Below are positions 22,731 through 32,756 of a DNA stretch of 36,318 nucleotides, one piece after another. Each line of letters opens with the position of its first letter. Within the stretch, counting starts at the first letter, position 1. The DNA is from Octopus sinensis (lineage: Eukaryota), in the NCBI RefSeq assembly GCF_006345805.1, contig NW_021824696.1, positions 1-36,318 on the forward strand. The letters run 5' to 3'. Under the pieces are notes generated by a model. The model was not told where the DNA came from. It did not search any database and saw only the letters and a program-made list of their open reading frames with translations. The translations under genes and the position numbers were made by a program.

Positions 22731-22870
22731 CACCCGTAAATATACATCTACATAAACATACATCCATAAATAATCTATACATACCCGTGAATATATTTCT
22801 ACCTATATTTCTTTAAATACTCTTTTATATATATACATCCACAATTTTCCTTTTAACATATCCACCCGTA
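21000..22870. repeat. Irregular minisatellite with core ACACCCGTAAATAT, interrupted by a SINE and (TA)n
   Basis: Core and variants (CCCATAAAT, CCAGTAAAT, CCCATTAAT) recur dozens of times at roughly 25-50 bp spacing. Confidence 0.75.
21413..21810 (+). mobile_element. Family C (CORE-like) SINE
   Basis: Full-length diverged copy inserted in the minisatellite, ending in (GAATAAAA)n. Confidence 0.8.
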
Positions 22871-23523
22871 TAATACTTGTGTAATAAAGACTGCAGGAGT
22901 CGTCTCCCTTAAAACATTTCTTTTTCTCTTTTTCTCCCCCCCCCCCCACCACTCGCTCTTTCTTCCGCCCACCCCCATCTTGCCTCTTTTACACCCATAA
23001 AAATCGCTTATTTATTTAGTTTATACAATGACGTCCATCTCTTGTGTATATGAAGTGTTACTTTTAAATGTGTTATTTATTGTGATTTGTGGTGTGTACA
23101 GGATTTTACACACGATATAATCACCGTCGTGTTGTTGTTTCCCCCCCCCCCGCCACCATTTTATTTTTAGCTTCCCATTTAATTTCTCCAACATTTCAAT
23201 GATTACAACGATTTGTTGTTGGTGTTGTTGCTGTCTTCATCATCGTCGTCGTCGTTGTTGTAGTTGTTTCGGCTAATGTCATCTTAAATAGAATTAACGT
23301 TCTACTACTTCTTCGATGATTACCCGGCGAAATTCTGTATTCCATAGTTGCACATTGTTGTTGTTTGTTTTCGTTGTCTGTGAGTATGTATGTGCGTGTT
23401 GTTGTTGTTGTTCTGCCACAGACCAGTTTTAAAAGAGTTATCTTCTATGTTTTATTCGTTCCAGTCATTGAACTGCGGCCATGTTGGGGCACCGCTTTGA
23501 AGCATTACATCTTTATATATATA

Positions 23524-23920
23524 CTAGCAGTATCGCCCGGCGTTGCTCGGGTTGTAAGGAAAAACTATATAAGCATTTTTAGAGAGTTATAGCCGAAAAA
23601 TAGCAAAAAAATACATTAAAAATGGAAAAAAATTATGGTAATTTTTTTTTAAATCGTTGACTCATCGTAGACATTTTTAGAGAGTTACTTCCCTATATAA
23701 TAGCGAAAAAATGCACTAAAATGGAAAAAAATTATGGTAATTTTTTTTTTTAATCGTAGACTCATCGTAGACGCGCGCTAATACCCAGAAGGGCTCGATA
23801 TGAATCACGACTATAAGATACCACCCGGTTTTGGTTAAACTGCACCGCAAAATGTGGGAGTGGTTAGGAATCTAAATCGTTGGAGACAGACAGCACACAA
23901 CCTTACTTTTATATATAAGA
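23524..23920 (-). mobile_element. Non-autonomous Helitron, subfamily A copy 2
   Basis: 5' TC, 3' hairpin + CTAG, A|T target. Near-identical to 225-626. Confidence 0.8.
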
Positions 23921-23946
23921 TATTATATATATATATCATCATCATC

Positions 23947-24016
23947 ATCAAAATAAGCAACAAGGATATCCAAAGATAATGCATTACCTCTGGATATCCT
24001 TGTTGCTTATTTTGAT
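23947..24016. repeat. 70-bp spacerless palindrome
   Basis: Centre at 23981/23982 (TAATG|CATTA). 33 of 35 positions complementary. Confidence 0.9.
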
Positions 24017-24081
24017 TATAATCACGCTATTTTGAATTGTATGGACAATATCATACTGAATTCTGGTGCCTTTAACTTAAG

Positions 24082-24632
24082 TACCAGACAAATGGATTAA
24101 GTCGCTTATATCGACCCCAGTGAGTAACTGGTACTTATTTAATCGACCCCGAAAGGTTGAAAAGCAAAGTCGACCTCGGCGGAATTTGAACTCAGAACGT
24201 AACGGCAGACGAAATACCTATTTCTTTATTACCCACAAGGGGCTAAACATAGATGGGACAAACAAGGACAGACATAGGTATTAAGTCGATTAAATCGACC
24301 CCAGTGCGTAACTGGTACTTAATTTATCGACCCCGAAAGGATGAAAGGCAAAGTCGACCTCGGCGGAATTTGAACTCAGAACGTAACGGCAGTCGAAATA
24401 CCTATTCTTTATTACCCACAAGGGGCTAAACATAGATGGGACAAACAAGGACAGACATAGGTATTAAGTCGATTACATCGACCCCAGTGCGTAACTGGTA
24501 CTTAATTTATCGACCCCGAAAGGATGAAAGGCAAAGTCGACCTCGGCGGAATTTGAACTCACAACGTAACGACAGACGAAATACTGCTAAGCATTTCGCC
24601 CGGCGTGCTAACGTTTCTGCCAGCTCGCCGCC
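24082..24632 (-). mobile_element. Family M SINE trimer
   Basis: Headed unit 24403-24632, headless 184-bp unit 24219-24402, and a third unit truncated at its 3' end. Junctions match those at 12016/12017 and 12200/12201. Confidence 0.85.
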
Positions 24633-25351
24633 TTCCTTTGAAAGTGTCATGTTCCACCTTGCTAATTTTTTTTTACGAAGGCCCACGACTGTACTCTCCC
24701 CGTCAAAATTTGTGGCCATGTAAATTTTTGTAATAAAATACTTACTTGTGAATGGCACAACAGTACTTTGAATTCAGATCATATAAGAACTAAACTAAAT
24801 ACTTAAATATTGTAAGATACTTTAGTCTATTACTGTCCTGCAACTTCTGCTCACTACCTATCCTGTCCACTACAATAAATACCTGAGTGACACCTGTCAT
24901 ATGAAAGTAACTTTGGAAGAATACTTTTGTCACCATTGATAATATCAGGAAATACGCCGTCCATACAATAATTATGATTTAACCTTTATCAAATGTATCG
25001 GTGATTATACAAATTGATGAAATGAATTATAATTTTCAAAATAAAAATATTTACCTTAAAATGCAATTAAATAAAACAAATTTCTCATATATATATTTGC
25101 AATAAATGCATGTTATAATTTTTCTAAATTGTATCTATGTAATCTAAATCTTTTCTATCGAAAATCTATCTCAGTAAAATTTCATTAAAAACACTCGCCC
25201 TAATCCTCTTACGTTAATTTTCTTTGTATCTTACTTCGTCCCTTTCTCTCTCTCTCTTGTTCCTCTCTCTTTGTTCCTCTCTCTCTCCAGGTGAGGTAAA
25301 GTTAAACGAGGAATTCAACCACCACCAACCAACCAACCAACTTATAACTCT

Positions 25352-25719
25352 GTGGAGGCACAATGGCCCAGTGGTTAGGGCAGCGGACCGCGTCGGGGAC
25401 GCGGTTTCGATTCCCAACCGGGCATTGTGAGTGTTTATTGAGCGAAAACACCTAAAGCTCCACGAGCTCCGGCAGGGGATTGTGGTGACCCTGCTGTACT
25501 CTTTCACCACAACTTTCTCTCACTCTTTCTTCCTGTTTCTCTTGTACCTGTATTTCAAAGGCCAGCCTTGTCACAATCTGTGTCACGCTGAATCTCCTCG
25601 AGAACTCGTTAGGGTACACGTGCTGTGGAGTTCTCAGCCACTTGCACGTTAATATCACGAGTAAGCTGTTCGTTGATCGTATCAGCTGGACCTCATCGTC
25701 GCAACCGACGGAGTGCTCC
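25352..25719 (+). mobile_element. Family R SINE (body type 1), more diverged copy
   Basis: Colinear with 13357-13741, with small indels. Confidence 0.85.
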
Positions 25720-26419
25720 TATAATAACGGCTATTGTTAACTGGTGTTTATTAATTTTTAATCTGTCAACAAAGAAACTTAAAGCATTTTCAACATTTAT
25801 ATATTTGTTACTCTATTTCAGAATTAAATCAATTCAAATTTATTATGTCAGCAGAATTTAAATTTAAGTTGTAGCATAAAAGTGATTGAAATTGAAATTT
25901 AAAAGAAATAACTTTTAAACAAACTACAAAACTGCTGATGCAAACCTGAGAATCATAACATCTTTATCTTTATCGTACTCTCACTCTAAATTATATTACT
26001 AAACTTCTTTCAGTCAGAATTAATTAATGCACATTCTCTCAAAACTTTTCTCAATAAATGAACTCATTATGAATAAATGTTTCTTTTGAGCGTTAAGAAT
26101 ATAGGAATTCAAGAATAATTTCTTTCGAGTACACACAAATAAAAGTAAGGTATATATAATCTCGCAGATTCGTCAACGTATGGGACAAAGTGCTTCGCAG
26201 TGTTTAGTTCCAACTCTTTACCCTCTGAGCTCAAATCCCGCCAAAATTAAATTTGCCTTTCAACCTTTTTTCTTAATACGGTAAATGTGTGATTTGAGAG
26301 TATTTAGCCATTGTTTCTAGCAGGTAAACAACCTATTGATATGTGTATATATATATATATTTCGTTTTGGGATTTGGTTTGCAAGATTCTTTATATGAGT
26401 TCGTGTGTTGAAGCATATT

Positions 26420-26600
26420 CTGTTGTGTCTGGGGAGAGTCATTTTCTTTTTGTGCCTTATAAGAGTCAAGACTATTGAAAAGGTTGCAAGGCGCAACGAA
26501 AATTTTAGGAAAATAAAAACGAGAAATAAGTGGAAATTTTCCGCTGAGTGTATTACATTATAAGGCACGAAAAGAAAATTACTCTCCCCAAACACAACAG
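26420..26600. repeat. 43-bp inverted arms (26420-26462 / 26558-26600) around a 95-bp spacer
   Basis: CTGTTGTGTCTGGGGAGAGTCATTTTCTTTTTGTGCCTTATAA versus the reverse complement of 26558-26600: 40/43 identical. Embedded between (TA)n tracts. Confidence 0.85.
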
Positions 26601-26614
26601 TATATACATATATA

Positions 26615-26656
<42 letters not shown>

Positions 26657-26725
26657 TATATTATCGCTATGGGCTCCGTGTGGGCAGTCATCTAAAAGTT
26701 TTTTGTGCATCTAGATGCTGACATA

Positions 26726-26828
26726 AGTTCCTTGTTTTTCCTGATGAGAAGGCGGCATAATGCGCCCCTTATTCCTTCGAAATTAGGAATATGCAGCCTT
26801 CGAAACATATGTCGAAAATAAAGGAATT
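26726..26828 (+). ncRNA. Complete type I hammerhead ribozyme
   Basis: Core CUGAUGA at 26741-47, GAAAC at 26802-06, GUC^ at 26811-13. Stem I: UUUUC/GAAAA + 2x2 internal loop + AGUUCCUU/AAGGAAUU. Stem II: GAAGGC/GCCUUC + G.A + GCAU/AUGC, with an inner AUUCCU/AGGAAU hairpin. Stem III lies in the palindrome ACAUAUGU. Confidence 0.88.
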
Positions 26829-26886
26829 TTGTTAATTCGTCGTTCAACTCCATTCTTTCATTTATTTGTATATATATATAATATAT

Positions 26887-26956
<70 letters not shown>

Positions 26957-27281
26957 TATATATATAGGTATATATATATATATTATATATATATATATAG
27001 TAATATAGGTATATAAAGATTGAATGTGGATTCGTCCTTTAATTGGAGGTTTCCAAAACAGATTTCTAATGTTGATTCTTCATTCTTTGCTGGGTGTTTA
27101 CAGGTGTAAATTTGCGAAGATATGAAAGTAGTATTTGTATATAATGTATGCTGAATTTATGGAATGAAGCTCCATAAATCCCATAAATTTTATAAGGAAT
27201 GGAGAAAACAAGTTGTTAAAATTTATAAGAAGCTTAAATCGTGCAGACGACCGTTTCGTACAAAGCTATAATAATATAAAA

Positions 27282-27549
27282 TCAGTGCAGAAAGGAAAGA
27301 AACGATAATACAAGGAACTTAAAAAAGAATTTAGCAGAAAAAATTGGATCTAGGAGAGTCATATTGGTATTCTTGTGAGAAAGAGATGGGAGTCATGTCA
27401 GATATTGAACCATAGAGGTATGGTTCAATATCTGACATGATACCCATCTCTTTCTCACAAGAATACCAATATGACTCCTAGATCCAATTTTTTCTGCTAA
27501 ATTCTTTTTTAAGTTCCTTGTATTATCGTTTCTTTCCTTTCTGCACTGA
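27282..27549. repeat. 268-bp fold-back palindrome (133/131-bp arms, 4-nt spacer GAGG)
   Basis: Arms 27282-27414 and 27419-27549 are reverse complements except for one 2-nt indel and two adjacent mismatches. Confidence 0.95.
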
Positions 27550-27588
27550 AGAGTTCGATGATATCTATTTAATTTAATTCGATCAGGA

Positions 27589-27820
27589 AGGCGGTACTCC
27601 AGCATGGCCGCAGTCAAATGACTGAAACAAGTAAAAGAGTAAAAGAGTAAAGAGAGATACATTTCATGTATCAATAATCATTTCTACTAAAGGCACAAGA
27701 CCCGGAATTTGTGGGGAGTTGGAGGGGGCTAGTCGATTACATCGACCCCAGTGCGTAACTGGTACTTATTTCATCGATCCTGAAAGGATGAAATACAAAG
27801 TCGACCGCGGCGGAATTTGA
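27589..27820. mobile_element. Family C SINE 3' tail (+, ~27589-27654) abutting a family M SINE fragment (-, ~27670-27820)
   Basis: AAGGCGGTACTCCAGCATGGCCGCAGTCAAATGACTGAAAC tail, followed by GTCGATTACATCGACCCCAGTGCGTAACTGGTAC...AAAGTCGACC. Confidence 0.7.
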
Positions 27821-27939
27821 AAATTTCGTAAGATATTCAAGCAGTTTTGCAGTTCTCTTTTTCTTATGCTTCTTTTCTTTTCAAACAATTGTAAAAGAAG
27901 ACTTTTCTTTTTAGAAAAATGAGTCTGGGTGTATCACCA

Positions 27940-28229
27940 AAGTTTTGTTCGTTCCTCATAAGGGCCGGCTTCCCGGTTTCCTTGGCGTATAGGTGCCCCA
28001 CCTGGACTGGACGCCGGTCTGTCGCAGGTGAACTGCAAGATGCAGGAGGAAAGAGTGAGAGAAAGTTGTAGCGGAAGAGTCAGCTGAAGTTCGCCAATAC
28101 CTTCTGCCGGAGCCGCGTGGAGCTTAGGCGTTTCGCTCATAAACACACACATCGCTCGGTCTGAGATTCGAACCCGCGATCCCTCGACCGCTAGTCCGCT
28201 GCTCTAACCACTAGGCCATGTGCCTCCAC
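27940..28229 (-). mobile_element. Family R SINE, body type 2 (V-domain-like), with 8-bp TSD
   Basis: Same tRNA-like head and first ~170 bp as body type 1, then CCTGCGACAGACCGGCGTCCAGTCCAGG (resembles the V-SINE motif CCCTGCGATGGACTGGCG.CC.GTCCAGGG). TATCACCA at 27932-27939 and 28230-28237. Confidence 0.8.
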
Positions 28230-28287
28230 TATCACCAGAGTGCAAAGCATTGAAATGATAAAGGGATAATGTGACTACTACAGAAAC

Positions 28288-28460
28288 CTTATCCACAGCA
28301 AACTGTGAATTATAATCAAGGTGTCTAAGTCTCTTGGGGAGTATTTATCCGTGTTGAATGGTAACGCATGGTTAATGGTGTATGGTACTTATAAATGGTG
28401 GAGGTTCTTCCTTCCAAGTAATGACGAAAATGCTTTACTGACAAATAAGCTACTATCTTC
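28288..28460 (-). mobile_element. Ty3/Gypsy RNase H relic
   Basis: Minus strand: VAYLSVKHFRHYLEGRTSTIYKYHTPLT / TDKYSPR / RHLDYNSQF with frameshifts. Compare the Gypsy motif AIYLSVKHFRHYLEGRxFTIYTDHKPL...SPRExRHLDFISQF. Confidence 0.75.
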
Positions 28461-29000
28461 CATTGAAAGAACATGGTTGAATGTATTTGCGTGCATTTGT
28501 ACCAAACTGGTCGTGATGCCGACAAAATGTCGTGGGTTTCCTATCAGGATTGAACGAACAATTTGTTGAAGTCCTCCGGCCACGAGAATTTGAGCGCGCA
28601 GAATATCGAAGCAGTTTCAATTATACGAGTCAGAGCCTGAATTTTGCCTTCCGTCGTCTTACGAAAAGCCGCTAGTTCAGAGGAAATGGAAATTGTAAGA
28701 GGAAATATCCATAATGTCATGTGAAGATGCCATTTTTAAGCACAAATTATTTGGAATCACTCAAACGGAAACTATATGAAATGATTAAATACCGGTTGTT
28801 ACTGCCAATTGAGGATTAAAATTCGCTCCGAAAACATGCATTCGAAGAAAGACGAGACTTCGCTCGGTACTGAAAAGTTGGTTTTTACTGTTATGTTGTG
28901 CGGACGAAAAATACCCTTCATCCGTTAACAGATGCTATGAGCATATCAGCGTCATAACTTAAAGAGGTGGGGCTTGCGGTGATAATATTTATGATCGAGT

Positions 29001-29163
29001 GGCGCAGGAGTGGCTGTGTGGTAAGTAGCTTGCTAACCAACCACATGGTTCTGGGTTCAGTCCCACTGTGTGGCATCTTGGGCAAGTGTCTTCTGCTATA
29101 GCCCCGGGTCAACCAATGCCTTGTGAGTGGATTTGGTAGACGGAAACTGAAAGAATCCTGTCG

Positions 29164-29197
<34 letters not shown>

Positions 29198-29383
29198 CGT
29201 GTGTGTGTTTGTGTGTCTGTGTTTGTCCACCAAGCATTACTTGACAACCGATGCTGGTGTGTTGACGTCCCCCGTAACTTAGCGGTTCGGCAAAAGAGAC
29301 CGATAGAATAAGTACTGCTCGATTAAAGGCGGTGCTCCAGCATGACCGCAGTCAAATGACTGAAACAAGTAAAAGAATAAAAG
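29001..29383 (+). mobile_element. Family C (CORE-like) SINE
   Basis: GGCGCAGGAGTGGCTGTGTGGTAAG head, TCTTGGGCAAGTGTC core-like segment, full tail. Confidence 0.85.
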
Positions 29384-29729
29384 ATCTTTACTTTTGAGCT
29401 TACTTTCTGTTGTGGGGGTGAGATGATTTTCATGAGATTGCTGAAATGGGTTGTTATTGCTGCGGTTTTTTTTGTTGACCTTCTCTTGTATTAGACATCA
29501 GCTAATGTCGAGATGAATGTCGGGTGTCACCAATATGTCGAGAGACTGGCTGGATGCTGGTACTGAACTGGTAAGTGATAATATATTTTAAACATTTGAG
29601 CTGTCGTTGTCGCAGTTGATGGCTTTATTACAATGTTGTATTGTGCGTGTGGAATCTGTTGTTGGTTGCGTGAATAATGACTGAAGCAAATCTCAAACGT
29701 TTAACTTGAATATTTATTGTCGAACATAA

Positions 29730-30060
29730 GCCGGAGAGCTGGCAGAATTGTTAGCACGCCGGACGAAATGCTTAGCGGTATTTCGTCTGCTGCTACGTTC
29801 TGAGTTCAAATTCCGCCGAGGTCGACTTTGCCTTTCATCCTTTCGGGGGGTCGATAAATTAAGTACCAGTTACGCACTGGGGTCGATATAATCGACTTAA
29901 TCCGTTTGTCTGTCCTTGTTTATCCTCTCTGTGTTTAGCTCCTTGTAGGTAGTAAAGAAATAGGTATTTCGTCTGTCTTCACATTTTGATTTCAAATTCC
30001 GCCGAGGTCGACTTTGCCTTTCATCCTTTCGGGGGTCGATAAAAAAATTATCAGTTGAAC
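29730..30060 (+). mobile_element. Family M SINE dimer
   Basis: Headed unit, then the junction AAAGAAATA|GGTATTTCGTC at 29962/29963, then a truncated second unit. Confidence 0.8.
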
Positions 30061-32049
30061 ACTCGGAAACTGCTGACTTTGTGTCAAAATTTGAAAGTAA
30101 TATTTTTTGCCAGACATGATATTTAGTGTTGGTTATTTACAATGAAAGATATTTATGATATAATTGCCAACTGCACAGTGTCTGTAGAAGCTACTTATGG
30201 AACATCGTGTGACTGTTTAGAATCCATTTGTCCGAGTGCCCGAAGTTGTCCGCGCAAATGTACCTCACTGCCTGCTCGCATGCCGGAAGCCGTCTGTCTG
30301 GCAAGACATGAGGGGCGCGAATCAGTCGGCCGCTCTAAATCCTCTGCGTTGAGTTAGGTGTCAATCTGTTTTTATGAGGTGAGAAGGGGTTAAATATTAG
30401 AACATCGGAGTAAGCCATATCATGCTAGAGCCTGACGCTGATTAGTGGGTTTAAAGGAACTGTAGTGGCTCACTCGTGGTGCTTAACGGAGTATCTAGCA
30501 GTTGGGGTCGAATACCCGTTATATATTCAAAAGAAATCAATGTTGACTAGCACCTGATACGCCACGATCAAGCAGACTCTTAATCAAAAACCGTGACCAT
30601 CAAACCCCTTTCTGTATATCGAGAACTACAATATCAAATTTGTCCTTCCGTTAAAAGACGGTTAGTTGTGAATTGCAATGATTTAGTAACTATTTCGAGA
30701 CGATACATTGTGTGTTAAACCAATCTTTCAGAACTTTTTCAGAAGCAACGAACTCAATTATTTAAATGAATTTTCCCATAGACTCCAAGCTTCTGAGAAT
30801 CCCTTCTTTTCAATGAAGTTTTAATTCATTCTTACACACTCACACAAACACACACACACACACACACACACACAACACACACATTCCAGCGCTACCTTGG
30901 CAAACCTCAAAATGTGAACCGCTAGCTTTGTCTAGAATACAGAATAGGCTGGCGAATACTGTAGACATAAACGTTAGAATATAATAAAAGATCTTCACAA
31001 AACAAATTAAGAATGCTGCCTAATCTATATTCCTAATTGAACCCCGCTTTTGTAGAATCGTTTTGAGCATCAGACAGATTATATTCCTTGTAGCATTTAG
31101 TTGCAGACCTCCACATTCAGATTTCAAATCTCTTCAGCGTAAACTTTACCTGTCAGCTTTCCAGGAATCGATGAAGTGAAAAACTAATCAGTCCGTGTTA
31201 TTGGTTCCTATTCTACATCCTTGATGTGAATGGAATTATAATAGAAGACAGGACAAGACTTTGGGCGCTAGAGTATATATTAGATTGCTGTAAATAGAAC
31301 CTTAAACTTATTAATAATTCTATTTTCTCTCTTCCCTAAAAATATAATGCAAGATGTTGTTGCTAGACGAACGAAAACAATATATAAACAGCTGCCTTCA
31401 TTTTCTGTCTATTCTTGATAATTGTAAATTGCAAAGATCGGCATGCCGTGTTTACAAAGCAGTTTCGTTTGCTCATTGATGCTAATTCCTTTCATTGACT
31501 TTCGCTAAAGCATAATCATCATAAAACCTCATTTCCCATCCTTTGCATACATCTCTGTCCTTGTGCCTAAGGAAGAAATCAATAACTGTAAAACTAGAAG
31601 AGCAGTGACTCTTTAAAGCATCGTGATTCTCGATCAATAATTGTAGGTGAATGAAAATTACACAAGTAAACAGACAACAGTAGTCTATTTATCATTTCAG
31701 TTTAAGCTATAATTTTCTAAGCGGCCTTTGTAACACATGTAATTAAGCTGGCAAATTTGTACACGGAAAATTTCTAACTAATAGGAGGTTGCTATCGTCC
31801 TATATACTTTGAATGATGTTCGCTCTCACGTGACCTATTGGATCGTAGCGACACCAATGAAGTTTGCATTTTCATCTAGTTCTAGAAAAGTCTGACCCAT
31901 ACAATGATTTTAATAAGCTGTGGGTCCTGTTTCGCTCCCTACGGATACCTGGTTTGTAACTGGTTGAAAGGTTAAGTGCATTGGTTGCGGAATACGAGCC
32001 CGCTGCCTTTTGGTTGACAGTTTAGTGCCTTCGTAGTTCGGCTAACGAA

Positions 32050-32144
32050 ATATATATATATATGCATGCATATAGTTAAATACAGATACACACACAGACA
32101 TACACATAAATATATGCGTATATATATATACTCATATGTGTGTG

Positions 32145-32224
<80 letters not shown>

Positions 32225-32269
32225 CAGATAGATAGATAGTTAGATAGATAGACAGACATATAGACAGAC

Positions 32270-32313
<44 letters not shown>

Positions 32314-32457
32314 TATAGATAGATAGATAGATAGATAGATAGACAGAGAGACAGACAGACAGATAGATAGATAGATATTCATACATACACACACTTATAA
32401 ATGCTTATAAATTAAATATACATACACAAAGTGTTATGTGCGTGCGTGTGCGTGGGC

Positions 32458-32527
<70 letters not shown>

Positions 32528-32545
32528 GTGTGTGTGTGTGTGTAG
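32050..32545. repeat. (TA)/(GATA)n/(GT)n compound microsatellite
   Basis: Directly visible. Confidence 0.95.
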
Positions 32546-32756
32546 TGAGATTCAGAAATCCCTTTGACTTTTAAACGCTATATGAAATTTTGATTTTTTT
32601 TATTTTACTAAAAATACAAAATTTATTTTATACATGTATTTTTTTTAAACAAAGCTATATTATTCTTTTATCAACATCTTTTGACAAATGTATTGTTTCA
32701 TATATTTTAGACAAATGTCATTATCAAAATATACGAGAAAAATTTATTGCCTAAAA

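Noticed and set aside
28321-28569. 82-aa plus-strand ORF
   Set aside because: Antisense to the Gypsy RNase H relic, with no recognisable motif of its own.
31120-31150. Minus-strand CUGAAGA-GAUU[UGA]AAUC-UGAAUG hammerhead-like motif
   Set aside because: GAAA core is broken (extra U, GAAU) and no stem I or III pairing is found.
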